A stretch of 64,000 bases of DNA, taken from an uncultured delta proteobacterium. Its GTDB lineage: Bacteria; Desulfobacterota; Binatia; UBA9968. This document shows, piece by piece, positions 38,892 through 49,025 of the stretch. A model generated the notes under the pieces. That model searched no databases and had not been told where the DNA came from. It saw only the letters and a list, made by a program, of their open reading frames with translations. Where the stretch lies: positions 896,001-960,000 of the forward strand of contig CAVYTU010000015.1 in the NCBI GenBank assembly GCA_963771465.1, given 5' to 3'. A program made the translations under genes and the position numbers. Within the stretch, counting starts at the first letter, position 1, and each line of letters starts with the position of its first letter.

Positions 38892-39356
38892 TTATTTCGC
38901 GTCTACCGCAGCGGCACCATTCCCATGACCAGCTTTTTCGTTTTCATCAGGGGGCGGCTCTGCACCGATCCACCCATGCTTGGTGATATCGATCATCACT
39001 GCGTCCGGCCCTTTATATTTCTCTTCAAAGAAACTCGTCGTCGCACCCTCGGGGCGACCGAAACGATACTCTGCGCCCGACTCGTCTAGACGACGCCGGG
39101 TTTCCTCCAGGTCGTCGACCCAAAAGCCAAAGTGATGCAGACCAAACACCGGCCCCAAGCCATCCTGCCGATCAGCAGCTTCGACCGTTTTAAAGCGCAG
39201 CACCGCCATGTTGATGGTGCCGTCGCTTAAATAAACTCCCTTGGCGATCGGCGAATCGGTGCGCCCAACTTCCTTCATGTCAAACACCCGCTTATAAAAC
39301 TCCGCCGTCTTCTCCGGATCCGGAGTGTGCACCGCGATATGTCTTAACTTCGCCAT
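38892..39356 (-). CDS. VOC/glyoxalase family protein
   Basis: MAKLRHIA, AEFYKRVF, YLSDGTINMA, GLHHFGFWVDD motifs. Confidence 0.9.
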   Translation of the reverse strand: MAKLRHIAVHTPDPEKTAEFYKRVFDMKEVGRTDSPIAKGVYLSDGTINMAVLRFKTVEAADRQDGLGPVFGLHHFGFWVDDLEETRRRLDESGAEYRFGRPEGATTSFFEEKYKGPDAVMIDITKHGWIGAEPPPDENEKAGHGNGAAAVDAK

Positions 39357-39789
39357 AATGCCTCCTCTTGAAACATACTATTCAATTCGGTCAGAAATAC
39401 GTCTGCCTCTTTTAATTCCCGCAACCGCCAAGAACATAAGTTAGGATATGGATAATCGTCAAGCCATCGGGCAATAGGAAAGATTAAAGGAAAACCCGGC
39501 ATCGAATGCTCGTTGGCGGCAGAACTTCACTATAGCCGCTGTGTATCCGATCGTTTACACCACATCCACTCGTTTACACTTACCGGTAACGGGCCGAGCA
39601 ATCATTTTATTTGCCGTCAGTAATTTTTCCCTATCAATTGCTCCGAAACTCGGACAGTCACGGCGCAGCCATCATAAATGGCCGCAATTTCTCCTTATCA
39701 ATCGATCTTCTAGCGCCTCCGGTACTAATCGACGCAGGCGGCCCGAAGTTTGCGTAACACCTTGGCAAAGCAAAATCAGTTGGGGGGTA

Positions 39790-39972
39790 ATGATGGAAAT
39801 TGCCGAAAATGACGATGACCCGTTTAGAGAATCACACGCCGATTCCCGCTTGCCGAAGTTGGTGGAAACCCACCCAGTCTTGTTGCAATTGCTGCAACAG
39901 GCGGAACTTGAGTTGATTCTCCAAGAACTTGACGAGTTGATCGAGTCCGAAGGCGGAATACTAATTCCGTAG
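39790..39972 (+). CDS. Small acidic hypothetical protein (60 aa)
   Basis: G-rich RBS-like sequence; helical Leu/Glu-rich composition; no family recognised. Confidence 0.4.
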   Translation: MMEIAENDDDPFRESHADSRLPKLVETHPVLLQLLQQAELELILQELDELIESEGGILIP

Positions 39973-40056
39973 CCGAACCTTCAGTCATCCAGCTACAAGA
40001 ATTCCCCTACAACGTCGATCACCTAGGGTCGGACCCAGCAAACTCACCGCGCGTGC

Positions 40057-40449
40057 TTAGGAAATCACCGCGATCGCATTGATCTCCAGCAACAGCTCCG
40101 GACGCGCCAGCGCCACCACTTGAACCATCGTGCTGGTCGGGAAGTTCGTGCCCAACACTTCACGGCGGGTTTCATTGATGTCGCGATGATACTTCACGTC
40201 CGTGCTAAACACGCTCATCGCAACAACGTCATTGATCGTCCCGCCGGCGGCTTCGACGGCGCGTTGAATTTTTGCCAGAATAAATCGTGTCTGCGCGCGG
40301 GCATCGCCAGCGCCGACAACTTTGCCATCATGATCCGAAGCCGTTTGGCCGGCGATAAACACCATACGGCCCGGCTGCGCGATGTTTACTAGGGAATAAC
40401 TCCCACGCGGTACCGGCAGCCCATCGGGATTGAGCGTCGTCTTGGCCAT
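40057..40449 (-). CDS. RidA/YjgF/UK114 family protein
   Basis: GSYS, VFIAGQ, PTSTMVQVVALA...LLEINAIA motifs. Confidence 0.92.
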   Translation of the reverse strand: MAKTTLNPDGLPVPRGSYSLVNIAQPGRMVFIAGQTASDHDGKVVGAGDARAQTRFILAKIQRAVEAAGGTINDVVAMSVFSTDVKYHRDINETRREVLGTNFPTSTMVQVVALARPELLLEINAIAVIS

Positions 40450-40700
40450 CCAATTTTCCTCCTGTAATCATAAGTTTTGTCCCCTTAATAGCCCAAATTA
40501 AACCAGGGAAGTAGCGAAAATTCAGGAATGCCAGGAAAACCGCAGCAACTTGGCGCTGCCGGTGCCCCATTCGCCTTAAGAAAAAAGGGTATTGCGTCAA
40601 CTGTGGCCAATCTGTATAGAACTATCGTCTTCACCCGAGGACAGATAAAGGTTTAACCGTGGCAGTATCTTGGCAACGTGCTCGACTAATGGGAGATCAA

Positions 40701-41756
40701 ATGAAAACCGCAGGACTGGTAGCAATTTTGTTTCTCGGCGTCGTGTCATATTTTGGAGAAGACGCGCGGGTCTATGCGCAAACGCCGTATTATCAAGGGA
40801 AAACGATCAGATTGGTCCAGGGCCGCGAACCGGGCGGCTCCGGCGACACGCGTGTCAAAATGGTCGCGCCTTATTTGAAGAAGTACATTCCCGGCGGCCC
40901 CACCGTGATCAGCGAGTACATGCCGGGCGCCGGTGGCCGCAAGGCGGCAAATTATCTTTTTAACACCGCTCGCCCGGACGGCTTGACCTTCGGCCATGTC
41001 AGCAGCGGCATAGTGACCAGCGCCGTGCTGGGCGAGAGTGGTGTCCAGTACGACCTTGATAAATTTATTTGGCTCGGCGCCACCGATAGCGCTTTCCACT
41101 ACGCGTTTCTCACCAGAAAAGAATTGGGCCTAACCAATCTGGAAAAGCTGCAGGCGTATTCCGGCCTAAAGATCGGCGCCACCGAAATCGGTCATACCAC
41201 CTATACGTTTGGTCGCACGTTTGCTTGGGTGCTCGGACTCAAAGATCCCAAATTCGTTCTTGGCTACGCCTCGATAGAAATTGACGTTGCCATCCAGAGC
41301 GGCGAAGTCGATTCGCGCAGCAACAACACCGCCGAAGTGATGCGGCGCTTCCCAGACGCTTTTAAGAAAGCGCCATTCAACATTCTCGCGATCTTCAAAA
41401 TTCCTCGGGAAGAAAAAGAACCGGAGTTCGATCACCTGCCGGAAATCGACACCTTTACAAAGTCGGAGAAAGAGCGTCGTTTGCTCTCGTTGATCCGCTC
41501 AACCCGTCAGGTTGGAACCCCATTTCTCATTCCGCCTAACACCCCCAAGGAACAGGTGCAGATACTCCGCGAAGGCATGACCAAGACTTTTCGCGATCCG
41601 GAGTTTCGAAAAGAATACCGAAAGATTACCGGTGACGAGGTCAGTCCGATGTCGCCGGAGGCACAGCAAGAGACCATCCGCTCAATCCCGCGCGACGCGG
41701 AGACTATCGGATTGTTTAATCTAATCAATGGCAGCAAACCTTTGCCGGCACGCTGA
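40701..41756 (+). CDS. Bug/TctC substrate-binding protein (divergent)
   Basis: YYQGKTI, PGGSGD, MPGAGG, RPDGLT, PPNTP motifs. Confidence 0.88.
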   Translation: MKTAGLVAILFLGVVSYFGEDARVYAQTPYYQGKTIRLVQGREPGGSGDTRVKMVAPYLKKYIPGGPTVISEYMPGAGGRKAANYLFNTARPDGLTFGHVSSGIVTSAVLGESGVQYDLDKFIWLGATDSAFHYAFLTRKELGLTNLEKLQAYSGLKIGATEIGHTTYTFGRTFAWVLGLKDPKFVLGYASIEIDVAIQSGEVDSRSNNTAEVMRRFPDAFKKAPFNILAIFKIPREEKEPEFDHLPEIDTFTKSEKERRLLSLIRSTRQVGTPFLIPPNTPKEQVQILREGMTKTFRDPEFRKEYRKITGDEVSPMSPEAQQETIRSIPRDAETIGLFNLINGSKPLPAR

Positions 41757-41810
41757 GAAAGGAATTGTCGAGCTACGCTTCGGTCTAACCCAGCGCCAAG
41801 GGAGCAACCG

Positions 41811-42803
41811 ATGAGTCGATGGAGACGATGCGAAATTCTGCTCCTGATTTCTTGCCTTGGGATTCAGCTCTCGCCGGCAAACGTTTTCGCCGCCGATAGC
41901 GGCGATAAACTGACCCGCATTCGCATGGGATTGGCGGCCAGGAGCACGACCTCGATGCCGTTCTTCGTCGCCAAGGAGCGCGGCTTTTTCCGCGAGGAGG
42001 GATTGGAAGTCGAGCTGATCGTCATGCAGGCTATCCAAACGATCCAAGCGACGTTAGGCAACAGCACCCAATTCGCATCCGCCACCGGCAGCGCCGTCAG
42101 CGCCGCCGTGAGAGGCGCCGGTATCAAAGTAATCCTGGCGGTCACGGATCGGCCATCCTTTGATCTTATCGCCCAGCCGGGGATCACTAGCGTGCAGCAG
42201 TTACGCGGCAAGAAGATCGGCACCGGCGGCGTCGGCTCGCTGGCGGAAATCCTCACGCGGCGAATTCTCGTCGTTAATAACGTTCGCCCCGAGGATGTGA
42301 CGATTCTGGCAACCGGGCCAAGTCATGTGACATATCTGTCACTCAAAGCTAAGGTCATCGACGCCGCGCCGTTGCAGATGCCTCTGACGTTCACCGCGCA
42401 AGACGAAGGGTTTCGCAAGCTGGTAGCCGCCGGCGACGTTTATCAAACGGTGCAAGGTGGCCTGGCGACGACCAGCGCCCTGTTATCGGAGCAACCCGAG
42501 TTGGTCACCAAAGTGGTGCGCGCGATGTTGCGGGCGACTCGTCTGATCAAGTCGGACAAGAAATACGGCGTGGATTTCATCAAGGGACCTTGGCTGGATA
42601 TCGGCAAGGATCCGGAAAAGATCGCCGCGCGCGTCTATGACATCGCCGCTCCTGCGCTCCTGGAAAACGGCACCGTGAGTGAGGATATTCAGCGCCAGAT
42701 GATCGCCGATGCTGCGGCCCAGATTAAACCGAAGCAGCCGGTGCTCACAGAGCAGGTTTTTGACTTCAGTATCGCGCAGCGGGTGAGCCAGTCGTTGCGC
42801 TGA
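41811..42803 (+). CDS. ABC substrate-binding protein, NMT1/SsuA-like
   Basis: PFFVAKERGFFREEGLEVE, QLRGKKIG, VFDFSI motifs; signal peptide. Confidence 0.9.
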   Translation: MSRWRRCEILLLISCLGIQLSPANVFAADSGDKLTRIRMGLAARSTTSMPFFVAKERGFFREEGLEVELIVMQAIQTIQATLGNSTQFASATGSAVSAAVRGAGIKVILAVTDRPSFDLIAQPGITSVQQLRGKKIGTGGVGSLAEILTRRILVVNNVRPEDVTILATGPSHVTYLSLKAKVIDAAPLQMPLTFTAQDEGFRKLVAAGDVYQTVQGGLATTSALLSEQPELVTKVVRAMLRATRLIKSDKKYGVDFIKGPWLDIGKDPEKIAARVYDIAAPALLENGTVSEDIQRQMIADAAAQIKPKQPVLTEQVFDFSIAQRVSQSLR

Positions 42804-42934
42804 GAAAACACGACAAGCAGCCCGCCGAATACCATTTTTAAACCCCGAGTCGCCCCTCAGAGGAACAGACCCATTGTCTTCTACGGCAGCATCGCGCCGG
42901 CTCGCTGCTTCAATTTCAACTGCGGAATCAGAGT

Positions 42935-43519
42935 TTATGTATGCGGCCGCCACATGTGCCAGGACGTCGTGCCGATAACCTCTTCTTCGCGCTGGACGAT
43001 GAAACCGAACCGTTTGTAGAATTCGACGTTTTCCCGCCGGTCGGTTTCGAGATAGCCGGCGATTTTTTCTTGCACTATATGCTCGATATAACGCTCCATG
43101 AGCGCGCTGCCGACTCCGCGCCGCTGCAGTTCGGGAGCGACGGCGATGGGCCCGAGATGCACATGCGGTTGGTCAGGATCGAGGTGACACCAGCGGGTAA
43201 ACCACCTGATGACTTTGGGGATCGCCTCGTTCAACGGTCTGAGCAAAGTCGCGAAAACCTGCGGCAATTCCTCCGGCGCAGGGAGACAATAAGGCGACTC
43301 ATTAAAGTGGACAAAGCCGGCCACCGCGCCATCGACTAGCGCGACATAGGCGGGGCCGATAAACATATGCCTAAGGCCGATGCGAAAGAACAAGCGATTC
43401 TGATCGATACGGCCGGCGCCGAACGCGGCAAGATGAAGCGGATTGGTAACGAATGCGTTAGCGAGTACGGTCACGCACTCGTCCAATCGATCGGCGGAAT
43501 ATTTTTTTACTTCGACCAC
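42935..43519 (-). CDS. GNAT family N-acetyltransferase
   Basis: HLGPIAVAPELQRRGVGSAL, YLET, NVEFYKRFGF motifs. Confidence 0.9.
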   Translation of the reverse strand: MVEVKKYSADRLDECVTVLANAFVTNPLHLAAFGAGRIDQNRLFFRIGLRHMFIGPAYVALVDGAVAGFVHFNESPYCLPAPEELPQVFATLLRPLNEAIPKVIRWFTRWCHLDPDQPHVHLGPIAVAPELQRRGVGSALMERYIEHIVQEKIAGYLETDRRENVEFYKRFGFIVQREEEVIGTTSWHMWRPHT

Positions 43520-43540
43520 CGGTTTGAACAGGCGGCGCGG

Positions 43541-44299
43541 TTACTTGAAAGCCTTGAGCCGCTCTTGCATCTCGCGCGCGGAAATCTCTTGTCCATACAG
43601 CGGGCCGCCTTGGGCGAAGAGCTTGGTGCGTTCGAGGGAACCGACGACCACCGGATCGAAACCGGCGTCGCGCACCAACCGCGACGCCACCTTTAACGCC
43701 TCGGGGTCATCACCACCGATGGGAATCGCCATGCGCTCGCCGGCACGATTCGCATTGCTGGCGAGGCGGCGAAAGCTCATTAGGTTCAAAGCGCGCACGA
43801 TGCGCGCGCCGGACAAATATTTCGCCGATGTGATCCCCACGCCGACTTCGCGCGCTTCCTTGGCAACCTCGCCGTCGCGGTTCAGCACCGCGTTGGTGGC
43901 ATCGAGGACGATCTTGCCGGCGAAATCCGCCGCGTAGTCCCTGCCGATCTGCGGTATCGCGCCGTAGGGCACGGCGATGAGCATCGCGTCGCCAAACGCC
44001 AACGCTTCTTTTACCGTACCGGCGCGCGCCAGCGGTCCGAGTTTATCGACCAAGGGTTTGAGCTGTTCGGGATTACGCGATGAAAACAGCACCTGATGGC
44101 CGGCCTTCACCCAAAGCTCGCCCACCGTGCCGCCGATGTTGCCCGAACCAATGATGCCAATCTTCATGGCGCTCGGGCTCGGAGTCGATTGCGCGAGGAG
44201 CGAGCGCGGTGAAATCGCACAGGCAAAAATTACTGCCGCGAGCGCGACGGTGCGCCATAAACGTTGGCAGCGAATATCCAAGCGCGCATATTTCGTCAT
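43541..44299 (-). CDS. NADP oxidoreductase (F420_oxidored / Fno-like family) with N-terminal signal peptide
   Basis: IGIIGSGNIG, SSR, IAVPY, LDATN, GGDD, AGFDPV motifs. Confidence 0.85.
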   Translation of the reverse strand: MTKYARLDIRCQRLWRTVALAAVIFACAISPRSLLAQSTPSPSAMKIGIIGSGNIGGTVGELWVKAGHQVLFSSRNPEQLKPLVDKLGPLARAGTVKEALAFGDAMLIAVPYGAIPQIGRDYAADFAGKIVLDATNAVLNRDGEVAKEAREVGVGITSAKYLSGARIVRALNLMSFRRLASNANRAGERMAIPIGGDDPEALKVASRLVRDAGFDPVVVGSLERTKLFAQGGPLYGQEISAREMQERLKAFK

Positions 44300-44419
44300 G
44301 ACAGACTCCCTTTCAGAGCGTTTCTCGACACAAAGTGGCAAAATTCCATGATTAAGATTAATCACAATCAAACTTCCTTTTCGAACGGCGCAGCTGCCCC
44401 ATGCCGTGCCAGCTTTCCT

Positions 44420-45400
44420 CTACTTCTGCGCCCGCTGGTTACGTTTGGTGCCGAGCTCGTCGAGAATCGAAAAATCCATGACTCGAGTGGCGCTCAAGGC
44501 GCCGAGCTTTTTGTCCATGTAGGCGGACATACGGATGAGATTCTTGACGGCGTCCTCCGGCGGGTAAAGCGTCGGCTCGGAATTGACATGGAGGTATTGA
44601 TAGGCGAAGTCGAGATTCTCGCTGTCGTTGGTATTTAACAATTGCGTCAAAGGCCGCATGGTGCCTTCCCGGTTGTCGACCAGATAGCGCGTGGCGTCGG
44701 CAAACGCTTTGACAAATTTCTTGACCGCGGTTCGGTTGGTTGCGGCGTAGGAACGTTTGACCGCGATCGGCGCGTTCATGAACGGCGTCGGCTTGCCGCG
44801 CAGAACGAAGAAGCCGCGTTTCTTCATGATCGGTTCGAGCAGCACGTCGGCCAGCGTGGCGTCGATGCCGCCGCGCATCAAAGCCGCTACCCGCTCCTGC
44901 GAGCCGCCTCCCATCTGCAACAAGGTTAAATCTTTCACTGGATCGAGGCCGGCGTCTTGGAGCAAAACCTGGATGATCAGCCACGGCTTGCTGCCGGCGC
45001 GATTGACGCCGACTTTCTTGCCGCGCAGTTCGCGGATATCGGTGATTTTTTCCCGCGTCACCCAAACATAAGGCACCAGATTGTCCCAGCTGCCGAGCAC
45101 GACTACATCCGCGCCTTGCGCATGGCTCGGCAGCAATCCCGTGGGCGCCCCGGAGGCGGCTTGAACATCGCCGGATATCAGCGCTTGATAAGTCGTCGGC
45201 GCACTATTGATCCTGATCGGTTCGACGGTCAAACCCTCGCGCTGAAAAAAGCCTTTGTCACTGGCAACCAGTAGTGGAAAGGCCGCTGTTGGAAACAGCG
45301 GAATAGCGACACGCATGGTCTCCTGGGCCGCCACGTTTCGCGCCATAATTCCGACGACAAGAACGATTAACGGCCAGCCGTAAATAGTGACGATTCTCAT
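44420..45400 (-). CDS. ABC substrate-binding protein, NMT1/SsuA-like
   Basis: DKGFFQREGL, ELRGKKVGVNRAGS, MDFSILDEL motifs; signal peptide. Confidence 0.9.
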   Translation of the reverse strand: MRIVTIYGWPLIVLVVGIMARNVAAQETMRVAIPLFPTAAFPLLVASDKGFFQREGLTVEPIRINSAPTTYQALISGDVQAASGAPTGLLPSHAQGADVVVLGSWDNLVPYVWVTREKITDIRELRGKKVGVNRAGSKPWLIIQVLLQDAGLDPVKDLTLLQMGGGSQERVAALMRGGIDATLADVLLEPIMKKRGFFVLRGKPTPFMNAPIAVKRSYAATNRTAVKKFVKAFADATRYLVDNREGTMRPLTQLLNTNDSENLDFAYQYLHVNSEPTLYPPEDAVKNLIRMSAYMDKKLGALSATRVMDFSILDELGTKRNQRAQK

Positions 45401-45559
45401 TCGAGCCTCCGGCTATAACTTGGCAAACCCAGAACCGTGAATGCGACAACCTGGACAATTTTGCCACCCGATTCCTACATAAGTTCATAAAACATACTCG
45501 AAGCTTACAGGGTTTGCGCCATCCTGCCCTGGTATGGTTTATGCCTGTTTATTAGCGAC

Positions 45560-45730
45560 ATGAGACGGTCGATGTGGCTACGACGTGGTTTAGCGATCGC
45601 GTTCCTCTACGCCATCGGATTGGCCGAAGCATATTATCTGCCCCGCTACGGTATGGAAATCTTCCTCGGCTCGCTCGCCGCTACCGCTTTTCTCGCCGGA
45701 CTATGGTTGCGCACTCGCTGGTACTTCTGA
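45560..45730 (+). CDS. Small two-helix membrane protein (56 aa; not in the ORF track)
   Basis: MRRSMWLRRGLAIAFLYAIGLAEAYYLPRYGMEIFLGSLAATAFLAGLWLRTRWYF: two hydrophobic stretches with Arg-rich ends; fills an otherwise empty intergenic gap. Confidence 0.6.
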   Translation: MRRSMWLRRGLAIAFLYAIGLAEAYYLPRYGMEIFLGSLAATAFLAGLWLRTRWYF

Positions 45731-45846
45731 CCGGTACGATCGCGCGTAAGCCAAGATCGACTTGCGTCAAATCGCCAAGCTTGGAAAAAGTTGCGTACTT
45801 TGCAGCCAAATTTCTGAATCCGAACTCCGTCTTGCCCTTGCCACCG

Positions 45847-46998
45847 CTACTTGCCCTTGGCCGCGCTCGCTAGCGCTTTCTTGATAATATCGCGGATCGC
45901 ATCGAGCTCGCCGATCCACTCCGGGTTGAGCCAAAGGAACTTTGCGCCTTTCACCCGGCGCGCGCGCTCGCTGACTTTGTCCTTGGAAATGTCTTCGCGC
46001 AAAGAATCATAAAGCCCGCCGGTCTTTTGATTCGAGTCGAGCCACGCCGTCTGACCTTCGCGCGAGAGTAGCCAGTTAGCGGCAACTTTCGCAGCGTTGG
46101 GATGGGGCGCGCGGTTGAAATAGCTCAAGGTGCCGTTATAGGCCGTCACCGAAGAACCTTCCTTGAGCGACGCAGGGAGAAATTGATTGAGCGGCAGCCC
46201 TTGCATCATGGCGGTATCGACATCGCGCGCGCCAATGCCAAAAGCATATTTTCCTGCGCTCAGCCAATCGAGCATCTGTTCATTGGAGCGCACGATGGCG
46301 ATCTCGGTATCGGCGTGAAAGCGGCGCAGAAACTCCGGGCCGAGATCGGGATGCTTGTAAAAGAAGATATGCGCCGCGCTGATCGGACCGGAAACCAGCG
46401 GATCGACCGAGACAAACTTGCCTTTCCATTTTGGGTGGAGCAAATCCCAGTAGGATTTGATCTCCGTAGAATTGACCAGCTTGGTGTTGTAAGTAATCTC
46501 GCCGCTGCGCGGCGTGCCTTCGAAGACAAAGATGAAACGGTTCTCCGGATCGTCGTAGTGATGCTTGCCCTCGTACCAAACAGAAGTATCCAGAACTTCC
46601 GGTAATAGCAGCAACGGTTTGACCGGCTCTAGAATCTTGGCTTTGTGAAATACCGTCAGCGGCGAAATATTTCCCGAAACGTAAAGATCGACGGCAAATC
46701 TTTCCGCGCGCCGCTCGCTCATGACGCGCTGGCTGAGATCGGGGCCGCGCCCGGTCACCAAGGTGACTCTTATTTTCGGAAATTTCTTCTGAAACACCTC
46801 GCGAAACACCGGCTCGAACGCTTGAGTCATGTAGATGACCAGCGCGCCTTCTTCTTCCGCCGCTTTGACCGTCTTCTCCCACTCAATTTGCCACGCCGGC
46901 CGCGAGTCGGCGGCATTGGCAATGCGCACGGATGACGCTGAAATCCAGACCCCAAGTGAGCCGATCAAAGCCAGCCATTTCCTCGCCGCGTTTACCAC
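45847..46998 (-). CDS. ABC substrate-binding protein (Fe3+/thiamine-type)
   Basis: WEKTVKAAEEEG, ERRAE, SYWDLLHPKWKGK, APHPNAAKV..NWLLSREGQ; GTG start. Confidence 0.9.
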   Translation of the reverse strand: MVNAARKWLALIGSLGVWISASSVRIANAADSRPAWQIEWEKTVKAAEEEGALVIYMTQAFEPVFREVFQKKFPKIRVTLVTGRGPDLSQRVMSERRAERFAVDLYVSGNISPLTVFHKAKILEPVKPLLLLPEVLDTSVWYEGKHHYDDPENRFIFVFEGTPRSGEITYNTKLVNSTEIKSYWDLLHPKWKGKFVSVDPLVSGPISAAHIFFYKHPDLGPEFLRRFHADTEIAIVRSNEQMLDWLSAGKYAFGIGARDVDTAMMQGLPLNQFLPASLKEGSSVTAYNGTLSYFNRAPHPNAAKVAANWLLSREGQTAWLDSNQKTGGLYDSLREDISKDKVSERARRVKGAKFLWLNPEWIGELDAIRDIIKKALASAAKGK

Positions 46999-47043
46999 AG
47001 TGGCTCCGTTTGATAGCCTCCTGTCCGATCACTCATCGCGGCC

Positions 47044-48696
47044 TTATGCTCCGGCAGCTGTAAACACCGCCTGTAATATCTGCCGGGCTTCGGATTCAAT
47101 AGTCTTCAGGTGATCCTCCGACAGCAAACTCTCCGCGTAGATCTTGCACAAATCCTCAGTCCCCGAAGGCCGCACCGCAAACCAGCCACTGCGCGCCGAC
47201 ACTTTGAGGCCACCGATGGAAGCACCGTTACCCGGCGCGTGAGTCAACTTTGCGGTGATCGGCTCACCGGCGAGCTCGCCCGCTGTTAGCGAATCGGGAC
47301 GAAGCGCCTTCAACGCGTTTTTCTGCGCCGCCGTCGCCGGCAAATCGACACGCGTATAATAAGGCTTGCCAAGTTCGCGTGTCAGTTCCTCGTAGCAACT
47401 CGCGGCATCACGACCGGTCGTGGCAATCATTTCAGCTGCGAGCAAGCAAAGAATGATGCCGTCCTTGTCCGTGGTCCATACGGTTCCGTCTTGGCAAAGA
47501 AAACTAGCGCCGGCGCTCTCCTCACCGCCGAAGCACACCGAGCCATCGAATAGCCCAGGAGAAAACCACTTGAAACCGACCGGAACTTCGAAGAGTTTGC
47601 GATCGAGCTTTTCAACCACTCGATCGATGAGACAACTGCTGACCAAGGTTTTGCCGACGGCGGCGTCTTTGTTCCACTGCGGCCGGTTCGATAGCAAATA
47701 GTAAATTGCCACGGCGAGATAATGATTGGGATTCATCAATCCCATGGAAGGCGTGACGATGCCGTGGCGGTCCGAGTCGGCGTCGTTGCCGAAAGCGACT
47801 TGAAAGCGATCTTTGAGCTGAACCAAACTCGCCATCGCGTATGGACTCGAACAGTCCATGCGAATCTTACCGTCGTGATCCAACGTCATAAAGCGAAACG
47901 TCGGATCGACTTGCGAATTCACCACGGTCAGATCGAGCTGATAGCGCTCGGCGATCTTCTGCCAGTAACCGAGCGCCGCGCCACCCAAGGGGTCGACGCC
48001 GATCTTAACCCGCTCGGAACGAATCCGTTCCATGTCGATGACAGCGGTCAAATCGTCAACGTAAGGACTAACGAGATCTTCTTGATGCGTCGTTGGAGCT
48101 CTAAGCGCCGAAGCGTAGGAAACATGCTTTACACTGCGATTGGCTTCGCGCAGCAGAGCATTGGCACGGGCTTGGATCCAGTCGGTGACATCCGTGTCCG
48201 CCGGCCCGCCATCCGGCGGATTATATTTGAAGCCGCCATCAGCAGGCGGATTGTGCGACGGCGTGACGACGATGCCGTCGCCCAGTCGATTTTTTTTGCC
48301 GCGGTTGCAAACCAGAATCGCGCGCGAAATCGAAGGTGTCGGGGTAAAACCGTCATCACGCTGAATGATCGTGTCCACGCCGTTCGCCGCCAGCACTTCC
48401 AGCGCTGTTCGCTGCGCCGGACCGGACACCGCGTGGGTATCTTTGCCCATGAACAACGGCCCGGTAATATGCTTACTCGCGCGGTACTCGCAGATCGCCT
48501 GGGTGATGGCAAGAATATGCGCTTCGTTCAGACTCGCACTGAGCGAACTGCCACGGTGGCCACTGGTGCCGAAAGCAACTAATTGCGCTGGATCATCGAC
48601 ATTTGGCGCCTGGTCGTAATAAGCCTTCTCAACCGCGGCAACGTCGATCAAGATCTCGGCGGGCGCCGGTTTGCCGGCTAACGGATGAATCGACAT
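47044..48696 (-). CDS. pgm: Phosphoglucomutase (alpha-D-glucose-1,6-bisphosphate dependent)
   Basis: [15 protein letters not shown] (phospho-Ser), [21 protein letters not shown] motifs. Confidence 0.96.
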   Translation of the reverse strand: MSIHPLAGKPAPAEILIDVAAVEKAYYDQAPNVDDPAQLVAFGTSGHRGSSLSASLNEAHILAITQAICEYRASKHITGPLFMGKDTHAVSGPAQRTALEVLAANGVDTIIQRDDGFTPTPSISRAILVCNRGKKNRLGDGIVVTPSHNPPADGGFKYNPPDGGPADTDVTDWIQARANALLREANRSVKHVSYASALRAPTTHQEDLVSPYVDDLTAVIDMERIRSERVKIGVDPLGGAALGYWQKIAERYQLDLTVVNSQVDPTFRFMTLDHDGKIRMDCSSPYAMASLVQLKDRFQVAFGNDADSDRHGIVTPSMGLMNPNHYLAVAIYYLLSNRPQWNKDAAVGKTLVSSCLIDRVVEKLDRKLFEVPVGFKWFSPGLFDGSVCFGGEESAGASFLCQDGTVWTTDKDGIILCLLAAEMIATTGRDAASCYEELTRELGKPYYTRVDLPATAAQKNALKALRPDSLTAGELAGEPITAKLTHAPGNGASIGGLKVSARSGWFAVRPSGTEDLCKIYAESLLSEDHLKTIESEARQILQAVFTAAGA

Positions 48697-49025
48697 CTCT
48701 TTCCTACCCTTCTCTAAATCTTTCGTCTCCTAGTCCGTTTGTCAGTGCAACAAATTTTTGCGATAGAAGCTAACCCCCGGCAGCATCATAAACTCAGAAC
48801 TTTGCAATTGCCACGCGCATTCGGTGTGCAAGCGCACGCACGGAAACAAGGTCAAGTTGACAATTTCCATAGCCGGATGGTATCTGCAAACTTCCGTAGG
48901 GCATAGTCTTACGACGACACAATGCGTGATGTCGAGCGCGGCGTATCGGCGACACGACGAAGTGTTCGTACAAGCCTTGAGCGCCGAAACGCCGGGATAT
49001 AAACCGGATGGCATAGGAGTATCCG

